Origin: Rhina ancylostomus
Taxonomy: Eukaryota
Direction: 5' to 3'
Length of the DNA stretch: 64,000 nt
Assembly: GCA_030265395.1 (NCBI GenBank)
Contig: JARFYF010000060.1
Coordinates: 18,266,809-18,330,808 of the forward strand
Both the position numbers and the translations under genes were made by a program. Numbering within the stretch: position 1 is the stretch's first letter; every line of letters starts with the position of its first letter. Of the stretch, positions 26,725 to 40,094 are shown one piece after another. The notes under the pieces are model-generated. The model was not told the DNA's origin. It ran no database searches and worked only from the letters and a program-made list of their open reading frames with translations.

Positions 26725-27720
26725 CCATAGGAGCATAGGGACCAGAGTAGAGTCGTTGAACCATTATACCTGTTCCAACATGAAGTGACATCATGGCTGC
26801 TTTGCAGTCTCACTACATAAGCCCATCTTTACTCCGTATCATTTAACAATTTTCATTAACAAAAATCTGTCAATCTCAGATTTTAAACTAACAATTTAAC
26901 AAAACAGTCATTGAAGAGAGTTCCAAATTTCTTCTCCCCACTGAGTACTTCCTAACTTCACTCCTGAAAGCCAGTACTCCACTGGGCAGATTCCAGAACT
27001 AACAGAATCCTTTCCTCATTCAACTCTTTCTGTTCCCATTAATATCATGAAAACTTTAATTAAATCACCTTTAACCTAAATTCCCGTGATACAAATTTGG
27101 TTAGTGTAATGTCTCCTTGAAACTTAAACTTTGTATCCATTCTTGAAAATGTATGCTGCATTCTCAAGGAACTCTTTATAGTACTCAAGGAATGGTCCAA
27201 GCAGGGTCTTGTCAAAGTTGAAGTCAGAGTCAAAGTCGAGTTTATTGTATGTACAGGTGCAATGAAAAATTTACTTGCAACAGCATCTCAAGCGTATAAT
27301 ATTAGATAAGCAGTATTCACAAGAAAAATATAATTTACACATATTATACATAATTTTTAAAAGAAGGAACACAATTAGAACAAAATGAACAAAGAAAAAA
27401 AAACAAAGAAAAAAACATTGTAAAAAGACAAAGAAAACTAAGTATAGCTACAGCATATGAGTAACAATAACATAACATCTACTTGCTTGTATTCTGGACC
27501 TCTAGATATCAAATCCAGCATACCATGAGCCTTATAGAGATTTTAATGACCATTTTAAAATTCCATTCACTTAAAGCCTAGATCTCTTTGAACCTCTCCT
27601 GCTTCATCATTCAGAAAGGACTTTCTTGTATCCTTTTCAGGTCCAAAGTGGATGATCTCACATTTGGCTAAATTGAAATCATTTGCGTCAGTTTTGCCCA
27701 TTCACTTAATCTATTGGTGC
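26725..27720 (-). mobile_element. Old CR1 3' fragment, interrupted by a younger insertion at ~27225-27440
   Basis: Similar to 39070-40090 (aaaaatctgtcaatctcagattttaaa, ttcctaacttcactcctgaaag, ttttgcccattcacttaatcta). Confidence 0.6.
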
Positions 27721-28049
27721 AGGCCTTGCTGCCAACCACCCAGCTCACTGCTGACTTATGTGGTAAGTAAGAACTAGAGTTTTCTAGATTTGTTGGTGTC
27801 AACAGCCACCCAATCTTAAATAGCAAGGCCTTGCATGGTGGTGGGGCCATGTCTGAACTGTGTCACCAATTGGGCAGCCAGAATTAGTCTCATTCATGAA
27901 ACAACTTAAAGAATCTCTGTCAACAGGCCAAGCCACACCACCGACCTTCGGAAACGTTCAAACAATTTCAGAAACTATTAAAAAGCAATGAAGCAGTTAA
28001 ATCATTTTAATACTTTTAAATTAAAACCTTTAAACAATTAAAATGTTTA

Positions 28050-28205
28050 AATGCAAAAGAACAGATTGCTGGAGGAATTCAGCAGAAGGCAGCATCCGTA
28101 GAAGGAAATATCCAGCTGACATTTGGGGTTGAGACCCCTCTTCTAGACCAGATCACATGTTAACTTATTGCTGCAGATTCTAGCATCTGCAGTCTCTCCT
28201 GTCTC
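28050..28205 (-). mobile_element. Short Penelope-derived terminal element
   Basis: gctggaggaattcagc, ggcagcatcc and agcatctgcagtctc are shared with 18205-18270 and 56870-57035. Confidence 0.7.
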
Positions 28206-28234
28206 TGAAATGTTTAAATAATAACTTCATAAAG

Positions 28235-28625
28235 ATATTGGTATTGGTTTATTATTGTCACTTGTACCGAGGTACAGTGAAAAACTTGTCTTGCATACCA
28301 ATCGTACAGGNNNNNNNNNNNNNNNNNNNNNNNNNNNNNNNNNNNNNNNNNNNNNNNNNNNNNNNNNNNNNNNNNNNNNNNNNNNNNNNNNNNNNNNNNN
28401 NNNNNNNNNNGAGTAAAGTGTCACAGCTACAGAGAAAGTGCAGTGCAGGTAGACAATAAGGTGCAAGGTCACAACAAGGTAGATCGTTAAGTCATAGTCC
28501 ATCTCATCGTATAAGGAAACCGTTCAATAGCCTTATCACAGTGGGGTAAAAGCTGTCTGGTAGTATGTGCCCTCAGGTTCCTGTGTCTTCTACTTGGTGG
28601 AAGAGAAGAGAGAATGTCCTGGGAT
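28235..28625 (-). mobile_element. Younger non-LTR retrotransposon 3' end spanning a gap
   Basis: Begins attggtattggtttattattgtcacttgtaccgaggtacagtgaaaaac (reverse strand carries aataaacc plus a short tandem tail). Related ends occur at ~27235 and ~49490. Confidence 0.55.
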
Positions 28626-28689
28626 AAAAAATGTCTTTTCACTCATCGCAGTAAAAGGTGGGATTTTGGACCTACAGTAGGGAAGGTAC

Positions 28690-29110
28690 CAGAGCCCTGT
28701 GCAGTACTGAAAGAGATGCCACCTTTCATCTGAAGCATTGAACCTTCTCAGGCATGTATAAAAGGCTCTATGCCTCTATTTGGAAGAGATAGTGGGAGAT
28801 CTTCCCAGTGCCCTAGCCAATATATATCCCTCGGTCAACATCACTTATACAATTCTGATACCGGGTTGCGACCCGAAACATCAGCAGTTCCTATCCTCCC
28901 ACAGATGCTGCTCGACCTCCTGAGTTCCTTCAGCAGATTGTTTGTTGCTCACTATTACAATTATCATGTTACTGCTTACTGCACTTTGCTGTCCATAGAA
29001 TTGATGTAGTTTTCCCTATGTTACAACAATGGCGATACTTCAATGGTACTTAATTGGTTGTACAGACTTCAGAGTGCCCTAAGAGTTGGGAACATGTTTT
29101 AAAATTTGTG
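28690..29110 (+). mobile_element. Deu-domain SINE interrupted by a Penelope-derived insert (28850-28950)
   Basis: SINE blocks gtgcagtactga...ccctagccaatatatatccctcggtcaacatcac resume after the insert at attatcatgttactgct...cttcaatggtacttaattggttg. Confidence 0.7.
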
Positions 29111-29307
29111 TTCTTTATGTAAACTAATGGGTTAATATGTGATCCAAATCCAATATCCCTTATTGATCTGCATTCTTTTGTTGCATTGTATGATATTGAA
29201 ATAAAAATCTAAGGTCAAATCAGGTTGATCAGTGGAAGCTATGATGCAATCATATTTCCTTTTAATTCATAACATATGATTATATTATATGATTAACATA
29301 TTCATAC

Positions 29308-29562
29308 ATGCACTTGAAACCCTTGATCAGATTTGTCATGAGTAACTAATCTACAATTTATTATATCATTTATTTTAAAATTTGTGGTGCACAACTATTT
29401 CATGTCTGCTCGCAAGGGGAGCTGGAGTTTCAAATCCCGGAGGTTTCTGCATTGATGGAGCTGCTGCTAATGGCACAGCTCATTCAGTTTATTGCTCAGA
29501 TGGCTCGTGACTGAAGACAATGTTTAATGGGTAGCTGGCACCAGAGTTTTTACTGAAACAGG
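29308..29562 (-). pseudogene. Candidate decayed coding exon
   Basis: Strong minus-strand acceptor tttatttctttatttttcttttctaatgtctcag. The frame reads CFSKNSGASYPLNIVFSHEPSEQ*TE*AVPLAAAPSMQKPPGFETPAPLASRHENSCAPQILK*. Possible donor CAT|gtatga. Confidence 0.35.
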
Positions 29563-32449
29563 CTGAGACATTAGAAAAGAAAAATAAAGAAATAAATTCT
29601 TTAATGCTTGGCTGTAGCTTGAGGAAAAATGATGTGAATGCTTTAGTCATCTCTGAGTCACTTGCAACATGAATCCCTTGTAACCAAACCTCTGTGCCCT
29701 GTGAGGTTTGTGGGGAAGGAAATAGGAGTTCAGGGCTGCTCCTCAAACCAACAAGCTCAGCTTATCAAACTCAACATTTTTGGAGCTTTTGTATTTCTGC
29801 TGGTTTGTTTCCAAATTGAGTTAACAAGCCTATAATTAGCCAATTAAAGCACTGTAGAATTTGTTCGAGTTCCAATAATGGGTGTTTGAACTGGATTTTG
29901 CTTTCTCTTTAGGCCATGCAGTGTGTTCCTGATTGAGCAGCAGACAGTACTCTGTCAGTGTTTGCTGGACAATGGATTTGAGTCGACACCTTGATGTCTA
30001 AATATCTGTGTTTGTGATTATGAAACTAAAGTAGCTTATTCAATGACTACCCTCTAATTCCTGATGTGTGCTGTTTTAGCTGATATCATCAGCTTGAAGA
30101 CGCACAATGGCCTCTGTTTCTGGATGGCGGAGGAGCAAAATGAACCAAGACTCCAAAGTTCTTGATCACTGTTAAGTGATCATANNNNNNNNNNNNNNNN
30201 NNNNNNNNNNNNNNNNNNNNNNNNNNNNNNNNNNNNNNNNNNNNNNNNNNNNNNNNNNNNNNNNNNNNNNNNNNNNNNNNNNNNTGTTAAGTGATCATAT
30301 GAGGACGAATTTGAGCCAATTACAGATGCTACCCACCCTGTTACAGAAAGTGGACTAAATGATACCCCATAAACCCATAATCTTGAAGGTTTTGGACTGA
30401 GCACTGAAAAACACATTATTCTCAATAGTCTTTTACAGCCAGTGCAGACATTGCCATGAATCTTTAACATTTCAAGACTCAAAATTCTATGGCTCGAAAC
30501 AAAAAGTATAGGCAAAGGACTAGACACCTGGCACTCGTGGTATTGACTTCTGCACAAGGCTTCAAACTCAGAGACAAGGTTTTGAATCATACAACACAGG
30601 AGGCAACTTAGCTCACTCTACCTGTGCAGATTCTTTAGAAGAGGTGTTCAATGAGCCTCACCTTATTCTCCTTTCCCAGGGTCCTCTTTTAAGATTTGAA
30701 ACTTATTATTGATTCAGCTTCCCGATCATAACAACTCATTACCTAAAAGAAGCTTTCCTCATGCCATCCTTCATTCCTTTGCTGGTTATTTCAACCCTAT
30801 GTCAGTGGCTACTGACTTTTCTATCACTGGAAACGATTTCTTATTTTGCCATGTCTTTGGAGACCTCTATTAAATCTCCTCTTAACATTAACTGTTCTTA
30901 AGAACAATTCCTCTGCCTCCAGCCTCTCTGTGTAACTTAAATCTATCACCCCAGAACCCTCCCCCTGCTAAAAATAACTTCTCTTATCCCCCTGACATCC
31001 CCTCCGGAAGTGTCATGTCCACAATTAAACACAATGGGGCCTTCTAGAGATATTTAAAGATCTGGTGCAATAAGTCAACTGAAGAAGAGAAAAAAAAGTC
31101 TTCAAATCTTAGCTTTGGATAGACAAAACGAGTATGGGTATTGGAAGCTTTCATTGGCTATAGCGAGATTGACTCATTCTCCACAGAATTAGCCACTGCT
31201 GACCCTTCACCGATGTTGAGAAAAAGTCACCATTGATGAGTGAACCTCTAATCTTGTGGCTTTGGAGAAGAACACATAGCAGATTGTTCTAAGCTGAAAG
31301 CTAACACCAGGAGAATTTGGACTAATACTAGGAAATACAATTTAAGCAAAACATATAGTAAAATGCTAAAAGATAATTGTACTTCAAATTAAGTACCTAG
31401 TACCAAAATAAGCTGATCATAGAAATCATTTTCCAGTTAGTAAAAACCTATTTTTCAATATCTTGGGGCTGATGACCTAATGATTAATCATATCTTGCAT
31501 GTGACTAATGATTTTGCTTTTCCCTTTCTGTTACTGCTCAACTCTTTCTGTGCCAACATTTTTTCCATCTTTCACCATGCCATGTGCTTTAAAGTCTTCT
31601 GAATCCAACCCAGACCTGTGCCATCTCATCCCCCTAGCTTCTAGTTGCTAATCAGAAGGTGCAGATTTAAGTTTATTGGTAAAAGAACAAGAGGAGAGAG
31701 AATAAGACTTTTATTTACTCAGTGAATTATTGAAAGGGTAGTGGAAGTAGAATCAATGCAACTTTCTAAAGAGCATTGGATAAAGGCAAAACTTGTAGAC
31801 TTGTAAGGAGAGAGTAAGGGCAGTAGCAACTATTGGATAGTTCTTTCAAAGTACTGGCACATATAGGATGGGCCAAATGGCCTCCATCTGTGCTATCTTC
31901 AATCATTCTTTGATTCTTCTTTTCCACCTTTTCTACCCCGATGAGCTGTTCTCTCATCTCACCTCATTCATCCCTTTTTTCTAAAACCTTTTTTACCCCA
32001 GAAAAGTGTACCACAGAAGGGAGATTGTAAGCATCTAATGATCCAGTAAGTATTAGTGACATTGATCATGTTCTCAGCAGATTTAGACAGATGGTTGACT
32101 CTGAGCATTGGAAGTACAGGCAATTTCCATTTGCTTGGACAGGGAGTGTAACAGGCCGCTTATGCTATATCACTGGACAAATTGTTACAGTGACACAGGT
32201 CTCTTTGAAATGGTGTATCCATTATGGTCTCTGTGACTTCAGAGGTGAAATATATTTAGGATCAGCATGCATACCATCACCCATCCTATTTTTGATATAT
32301 CCTCATGTCATCCACACATCTCCCAATATGTCTTCTAGCTTTCCTCTGGAATGGCACCCGGTTGCCTCTGGAGCACTTATGCTGTGCATTTATACCCTCC
32401 TTGGTACAACAGTTCCTATTTATATATAAAAAAATTGGAATTTGGGCTT

Positions 32450-33350
32450 TATTGGCAAGGCCGACATTTATTGCCCATCCCTAATGGCCCTTGACAAAAT
32501 GGTTGTGAGCCACCTTCTTTAACTGCTGCAGTTCTTAAAGTGAAGGTGCTCCCACAGTGGTGTTGGATAGGGAATTCCAGGATTTACACCCAACAATGAA
32601 GAAGGACGGATGATATATTTCCAAGTCAGGATGGTGCCTGACTTGGAAAGGAACCTGCACGTGGTGATGTTTTCATGCATCTTTACTTTTGTCCTTGATG
32701 GTGGAGGTTGCATGTTTGGGGGTGCTGTTGGAGTATCCTGAGCAGGAAACAGCAGTGCATTCTGTAGACAATGTACACTGCATCCATTTGTGTCCATAGT
32801 GAAGGCAATGAATGTTAAGGGTAATTGATGAAATGCCAATCAAGCAGGCTGATTAATCCTGAATGGTGTTGAACTTACTAGATCTATTAGAGCTACACTC
32901 ATCCCCAATATTTAACTGAATGTTGTTCAGCTGCATGCATGCATGAGCTGCTTCATTTGCTGAGGAATTGCGAATGGAATGTGAAATCATCAACGAACAC
33001 CCCACTTCTGACCTCATGATTGACAGAAGATCATTGATGAAGCAGTTGAAAATGGCCAAACCCAGGACACTCCTTAGTATTGTCTTGAGGCTGGAATGAT
33101 AGATTTCTAACAACTACAACCATCTTCCTTTATACAAGGTATGACTCCAACTATTCAAGTGTTTTAATGCCCTTTGACTTCAGTTTACCAGGGCACCTTG
33201 ATGCCACACTCAGTCAAATGCTGCCTTGGTGTCAAGGGCAGTCACTCTCACCTCACCTCTAGATTACAGCCCTTTAGTCTGAACCTTTAGTCAAGAGCCA
33301 AGTGGTCCCAGCAAAACACAAACTCGGCATCAGTGAGTAGGTTATAAACC
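32450..33350 (-). mobile_element. CR1/L2-group LINE RT and 3' end fragment
   Basis: ORF 32853-33113 RSVLGLAIFNCFINDLLSIMRSEVG resembles the RT motif QGSVLGPTIFSCFINDL...MFADD. Upstream cttgacaccaaggcagcatttgac gives LDTKAAFD. Confidence 0.85.
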
Positions 33351-35449
33351 ATGAAGAGACATAGAAAAGACTTCAGAGGTTACATTTTGCAAATTCAAAG
33401 TATTTATTGAATTATATTTATTGTTGTAAAAGAGGGAATGCAGCAAGCAATACACAGCAAGCTCCCAGAAACAGCAAAGGGATAATTGTTAAAAACAATT
33501 TTTTATAATGTTGGTTGAAGGATACATCTTAGCTAGGACATGAGGAGGAACTCCATTCACTTTAGAACATGTAAAATAGAATCAGGAGTAGGCCCCGCAA
33601 GACTTACCAAAATTCAATATGACCTTGGTTGATCCTCTGCTCTGTTGACATTCCCACTCAATCCACATGTCCTTTGATTCCCATAGTGTACACAAGTCTA
33701 TTGTTCTCAGCTCAAAGATGTAGCATCCATGGCCTTCTGGAGTATAGAATTGCAACAATGCACTCCCCTCAGGTAAAGGAAATTTCTTACCTCAGTTACA
33801 ATGGTCACTCTCTTTTTCTGAGACCATACCCTCAGAATTATGCCTTGGGTTCTATTACCTGAGAAGACAGGAGAAGACATTTGTTGTGCTCTGCAAATAG
33901 GTGAGCTGGGTGCAGAATAACACTCCAATAGCTGCAAGTTACCAGACATTGAACAAAAGGGAGAATATTGGAATTTGGAGAAGACAGTAACTAGAGAAGC
34001 AGTTAAATGCCAGTGGTCTTGAAATTAAGCAATCATTGCGAGGGAGGGAAAAGTTGCATGTAATATAAGAACGCCCACACTTTTCGGTGGTTGGGAATGA
34101 ATCGGCAAGAGTGTATGCACTGATTGCAGGGAGGAGAGAGGAGGGGTGAAGGGTTAATGGGCTTAAATGTGAACTAAAGAGAAATACTGTAACGAAAGCG
34201 AACCCTCCTGTGGTATCAGCAAGAAATGGGAAGTTGGAAAATTGGAAAGAAAGCAGCCAAATGTTCCAGAAAGATGAGCTGGTTAATGCTTTCCCATTTA
34301 CTTTGATCTCTACCTTCCAAGAATGAAAATCGAGGAAAATTGCCCCCAAAGATGAAACCCTACACCGTGGACATTTTTGCACTAGCTTTCAGTGACCATG
34401 AACATAGCCATTAATCCTGAAGGTGCCTGTATTCTGTCTGCTCTTGGTAACAGCCAGTTTGTGCCAACATATATATTCCTTTGTCTTTTAGCTGATGTAA
34501 AGAATAGGCTTGGGCAATGGGGGGTTGACCCACACATTGGATAAATTCTGCTTATCTTTCTCTCTTTCAGTTTTTCTCTTCCCCTGTCATGCCTGCAGCT
34601 GCTGAGACCCTAAGCTCTGAAATTCCCTTCTTAAACCTCTCTGTTTCCATAGCACTCTAAGATGCTTCTTAAACCCTACACTTTTGATTATCTTCCCTAA
34701 GATATCCCTATGTAATTCGGTGTCAAATTTTGTCTGATAATGTTGCTGTGATGTGCCATGGTGATTTCCCGTAGAAATGTGAGTTGTTACTGGAAGCATT
34801 TACACCTACGGGTATTTGTTGGTATGCAGTATCTCACCCCAGTTCCAAGAGAGCTGGACAGGCAAACTGTGGAAGAGGACAGGGGATAACCTTTATTTCC
34901 AGGCCATTCAATAGTGATCACAAACAGGAGTTCAGGCTTTTATTTTTTGCTCTTTAACACAGTGATGCTGAAATCAATGTCCAAATTTCCAAATTCCCGA
35001 CAATCTTAGGAATCAAATTTCGGCCACTGCTGCTCTTTGTGGATTAGCATATGTTCATTGACCTTGCCTGAAAATGATATATGTTACTTTATTGGAATGG
35101 CCATTTTGGTGCCTGTTAGAAAATCCTTTGAAAAGTTATAAGAAGTTGAATGGAAATCAGCTCCTTCGTTGCACCATTCCAGTTAATGCTTCTACTTTAC
35201 CCAATTCAAAGGAATCAACATGGAAGTTAAAGATGATTATTTGCAGCTCTTCTGGGATTTTGGAAAATTGTACAGGTCATGGTGGGACAAATGAAACCCA
35301 GAACAACTGCTCCATTTGTCTATTCTGAAGCTTCTAACTCTGGTAGGTTTCAGAGTTGATAATTTATCACTAGGAAATTTAAGTTCCTGCAAGTTACTCA
35401 CTGGCATTTTGCATGTTACTGGTTTCAGAATGAAGCAAGCCAGATATCA

Positions 35450-35780
35450 AATAAGAAAAATTGCATTTTCATAACTTTAGGATGTGCCAAAGTGTTTAAC
35501 AGCCGATGAAGAATTTTTGAAATGTGGTCAATGTTGCACTGTTGGAAATGTTGCTGCTCGTTTATATAGCAAGATCCCACAGGTCATCTGCAGCTTGATG
35601 GGTAAGTGCAAGCTAGAAAACTTGGAGCTTGTGGTGTGGGATCTTTTACACCATCTGTCCAGTATGAAAAGTCCAGGCTTAACACTTCACCTGAAAGATG
35701 AACTGGGCTTCCCTCCAAAATCTCTTCATTACTGTGATGAAGTGTCAGACTTGATCGTATGCTGACCTGCAGAGCTTTCT
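35450..35780 (-). mobile_element. Deu-domain SINE copy
   Basis: Reverse complement of the 565-915 family (ttgcattt...ccaaagtgtttaacagccgatgaag, gcaagatcccaca, tgggatcttttaca). Confidence 0.6.
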
Positions 35781-37619
35781 GACTTAGGCTGGAGTGTTAA
35801 TGGTGTGAAGAATCTCAATACAACCTGACCTTTCAATTTGGCAACAGATACTGTAGGTCCATATTATTACTCCATCTAGGGTAAAGAGAGGAACAGCAAA
35901 GAGATACTTGGAGTCATCATTAGTTACAGCACTTTAATTTTCTCCTCCTCTATCCCAGAATCACTGTTTGTTCGACAGGTACTATGAACCTCCAGGAGCC
36001 TCCCCATTCTTACACGTGGGTTTGTAGCAGTAACATGAGTTAGCTCATTGACCATGAAATGGATGAGATATAAGCTCTGTTCTCTCTTCTACCAGTAAGC
36101 CAATAGGTGGAAATAGGAATGATAATCATTTAAAATATGTGAATTTCCAAAATGTTTTCTGTTTAATTTAAGGTGAAAAGTTTCAATTTTAAGAAGAAAT
36201 AAAACAAATGTGGATTGCATTTATATAGGGCCTTTATCATGGTAAAACATACTAAGACACTTCATGGGAGTGTATTTCAGCAAGAGTTTGACCTCCGTGC
36301 CATATAAGGAAATATTACGATGACTTGGCTCAAGAACCTTAAGGAGAAAAATGGAGAGTTTTAGGACAAGACTAATTGGACAGCTTTTTCAAGGAACTGG
36401 TTCAGGTTCGATGAATTATATGGCCTCCACTTATGCTGTGACTACAGTAGGCACAGGTTGCCACTAAGAAGTCTGTAAAGAATGGTGGAATCAAATTCCA
36501 TTGGAATGTTCAGGCTGTCTTTAAAGGGACTTTGTGAGGTTAATTTGCCAAATCTGGGAAATTGTTGCACTAAATTGGGCAACAAAGAGCTGACCCAGTT
36601 TTACAATTGACAAATGTGCATGAATTAACTGTAACCTTTCATTCGGCATTCGTTCCACCCACAAGACACGAGAATGAAGTTGCTTTGGACTGATGTCCAC
36701 AGGCCTCATTGGCCACTGTGTATCACTAATGAGGGGAGCAGGTAGATTCTTGTCCAAGTTGCCATGATGCAGCTGAGGGGCCTGAGATGAGCTACTAGAT
36801 CTCAAGCAAGGGCATATTACAGCCGTTTCTGTAAAATTTGTAAAATTTCTGGATGACTGTCTTTCTGGTTGTCTTTTGAGCACAGCATACCAGCCCAGGA
36901 ATAGGCACAGTGAGGTCAAGTTTCCTTATGTTACTAAACTCTTTACGTGGGTACTTGAGATAGAGGAGTATCATTTGAAATCTTCATCTCTGATGTTTCC
37001 TCCCTTCACCCCATAACTTTATCTGTTACCCTCATCTCCAGAAACATCAAGCCGTAAACCAATGCAGCATGTTAAGGAATTTGTGGAGAGCTTTTCAGTG
37101 CAATAAACCAGACCAAATGGGTTCTGAGTGGGCACTGATCCAGCTTTTGGGTTCTGCAACTGCTTTTAATCATCACTCGCTTCATTAGTGCAATTTGTGG
37201 TATTGTTAAAACTCTTTGATTGAGTCCCATTGTGGTAAATGGAGCCGGAAAGAATTCCTGAAGCCCTGAACATGAAAGATATTTGATGACAATTTTACAC
37301 CTCACCCGAAATCTCTTCCAATCTATTAATGAACAACCATCAGTAAAACTCATTGTGTCAACTGTGGCTCAGTTGGCAGTAGTCTCTCTTCAAGGTCAGA
37401 AGGTTATGGGTTCAAGTCACATTACAGAAACTCCAGCACATTACCCAAAGTTGACACTCCTAATGCATTAACCTATATAAATACAAATCTTTAAAATACC
37501 TGAAATAGCCACATAGAATGTCTAAATTAACAATGAAGCACGTTGTATCACAATATATAATTAACTGAAACTATTTTGTACAAAGCTCCTATCATAATTC
37601 CCACCCTTTCATAATAAAA

Positions 37620-37885
37620 GAATAGTTTATGTTTATGTCACACTTTTGACAATGTCAGGACATCCCAAAGCAATTTACAGTCAATGAAGTACTTCCATGT
37701 ACAGTCACTGTACAAATTGCAGTAGCCAGCTCCCACAAAATGATAATGGCAGGATAATTTATTGTTCGGAAGAATCAATATTGGAAGATACTGGGGTCTT
37801 ATTGGGAAACCAGGAAGAATGCATCACCCCCTCTGTCCTGTCTTCAAAATGGGCCCCTAAGATTTTTACACACACCTGAAAGGGC
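37620..37885 (-). mobile_element. Deu-domain SINE copy
   Basis: caggacatcccaaagcaatttacagtcaatgaagtactt and gatttttacacacacctgaaagggcag. Confidence 0.6.
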
Positions 37886-38369
37886 AGAGAAAGGCCCAGA
37901 TGCCAGCAGGTAGAACTATGTCCACATTCCACCTCCATTCACTATAGCAGTGAATATGTAATGTATGTGACTAAAGATGGATTTTTACCCCAGGAATCCC
38001 AACAATGCAGTATTCCCTCAAAATATCATCCCACATGGAGCTTTTGTACTACCAGGAATCAATAGCTGTGAAATGAGAACCACACTTACCTATCCATCAA
38101 TGGACCGATAAATTTCTTCTAGCTCTCTCCTTTAGTTGATGATTCNNNNNNNNNNNNNNNNNNNNNNNNNNNNNNNNNNNNNNNNNNNNNNNNNNNNNNN
38201 NNNNNNNNNNNNNNNNNNNNNNNNNNNNNNNNNNNNNNNNNNNNNCCTATTGAACCCTGGTTATATGCATCTTAGCCCACCCCCAGATGAGACGTGGTTA
38301 CCAAAGGCAAGGTTTAACATTTATTCCTCCTTCTTTGTTAGCAATAGGATCTGCCGTTCTTATTCATGA

Positions 38370-38820
38370 ACCATGGTAGCCCAAATGGTGAAAATCTTCT
38401 CACTGTGCTGTCAGGTAGGCAGTGTCAGAACTTTGACTCAGTGAAGGTCAATACAGGTAAAGGAAGTAAAGACCTGTCCATGCCAGGCTGGTAAGTACCT
38501 TTGAGGGAGAAGTAAAGTTGTGCTGCTCCTATACTCCTACTGACCTCAATCATCTTCGTGGTAGGGGTACCAAATTTGTAAGATTCCAACAATGAATTGC
38601 TGCAGTGCATTTGTAGATGATGCATGCTGCAGCTGTTGTGCTTTGATGGTGGAGGGAGTGAATATTTAGGGTCATGGATGAGCTGCCAATCAAATGGGCA
38701 TTGATGGTGTTGCACATCTAAAGCATTATTGGATCTTCACTCATCCAGAAAATACATTCCTGACTTGTGTATTGTTGTTGATGGAAAGGCTTTGGAAAGT
38801 CTTGAGGTGAGTCATTCACT
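38370..38820 (-). mobile_element. LINE 3' fragment (family of 32450-33350)
   Basis: ctgcagtgcatttgtagatgatgcatgctgcagc and tgccaatcaa match 32750-32845. Confidence 0.55.
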
Positions 38821-39069
38821 GACTTATTTCTGTCCAGCTAGAAAGAGGACTCACACAGAAAGACGACTTAGGGAGCAGGAATCCCTACTGGTCTCATTTC
38901 TTTGGATTACTTGCTGTCTCCCTTTTTGTTAAGTCATTTCCCATACATCCTGGATTGGTGGATACAAAATGGATTGGAAAACAAAGCCCAGCTCTCAGTG
39001 TTGACTTGGGAAGAAGGAAGAGTGAAGGGAAAGCTGAAGGACATGGGATCAGGAGGTCACTCTGTCCCT

Positions 39070-40090
39070 AAGACTTGTTCCACCAGTCAGTGAGATCATG
39101 TTTGACTTGTGACTGAACTCCATATGTCCCTCCATCCCTTCATATATTTGGTTATCAAAATTTATCATTTTCAGATTTGCAGATAACAAATGGGCTCATA
39201 TCATTTGCCATTTGCAGAAGGAACTTCAAAATCACTGCCACCCTCTGTGTGCTGAAGTATTTTCTAACTACACTCTTGAAAAGTACAGCTTTAATTTTTC
39301 AATGAATCCCCCTAGTCCAAAACTTGCCAACTATTGGAAATAGATTCTTTCCATCCACCCCATCTATTGCCTTAAAGATATTGAAAATTTGAATAAAATT
39401 ATGACTTGATTCACTAAATTCCAAGGAAAACAACAGTTTCTGTAATTTCTGCTTGTTATTTAGTCCATGGATCCTGGCTAACCTGTTACCCTGGGCAACA
39501 TCTCCAAGGACAACATGACCTTAAGATGCAGAGCCCAAGCTTCATAGAACTGCCGCTTGAAGCTGGACTTCTACCCACTTGTACTCCAATCCTCTAGATA
39601 GAATGACTCACATTCCACAAGCCTTAGTGATTATTTTCTGCAGATCCTGATGATTCTGTAAGGGACCCTCAGGTTTCTTTGAACCTCTGTGGCTTCTAAG
39701 TTTTCAACATTTACAAAGTTCTCCATATTCTAAATGGAACTGTAATCTATTTGCTTCAGTTTTGTCTATACACATATGTCATAGACAGATTACTATCTTC
39801 TTGTTGTTTAATTATTGCAATGAGAAGTTGTGGCTCCAAAATAGATCCTTGCAAATCACCAGTAGTCACAGCCTACAGCTTTAAGTACCTGCTCATTGTC
39901 TCTGCTCTCTTCCTCCTGCCACTTAGACAGCAATTCAATAATTTCCCTGCATTTCTGGGGGCTCTGTTTAGCTGACAGACTCTAATGAGGAATTTTATCA
40001 AATGCTTTCTGGAGATCCATATTAAGAGTTTCCATTGACATACTGCTGATCCTGCACTTTAGTCATCATTTTAGAAAATTCTATTAGGTT
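39070..40090 (-). mobile_element. Old CR1 LINE relic
   Basis: ttttatcaaatgctttctggagatccat is the reverse complement of an MDxQKAFDK-like RT motif. The 3' UTR blocks are shared with 26725-27720. Confidence 0.65.
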
Positions 40091-40094
40091 TATG

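Noticed and set aside
34602-34613. CTGAGACCCTAA, matching the middle of miR-125b
   Set aside because: Lacks the 5' seed bases, forms no hairpin, and lies within an L2 3' fragment upstream of the cluster.
37360-37450. tRNA-like A/B boxes (gtggctcagttggc ... gggttcaagtc); similar at ~51710-51770
   Set aside because: These are tRNA-derived SINE heads with no cloverleaf, so not tRNA genes.
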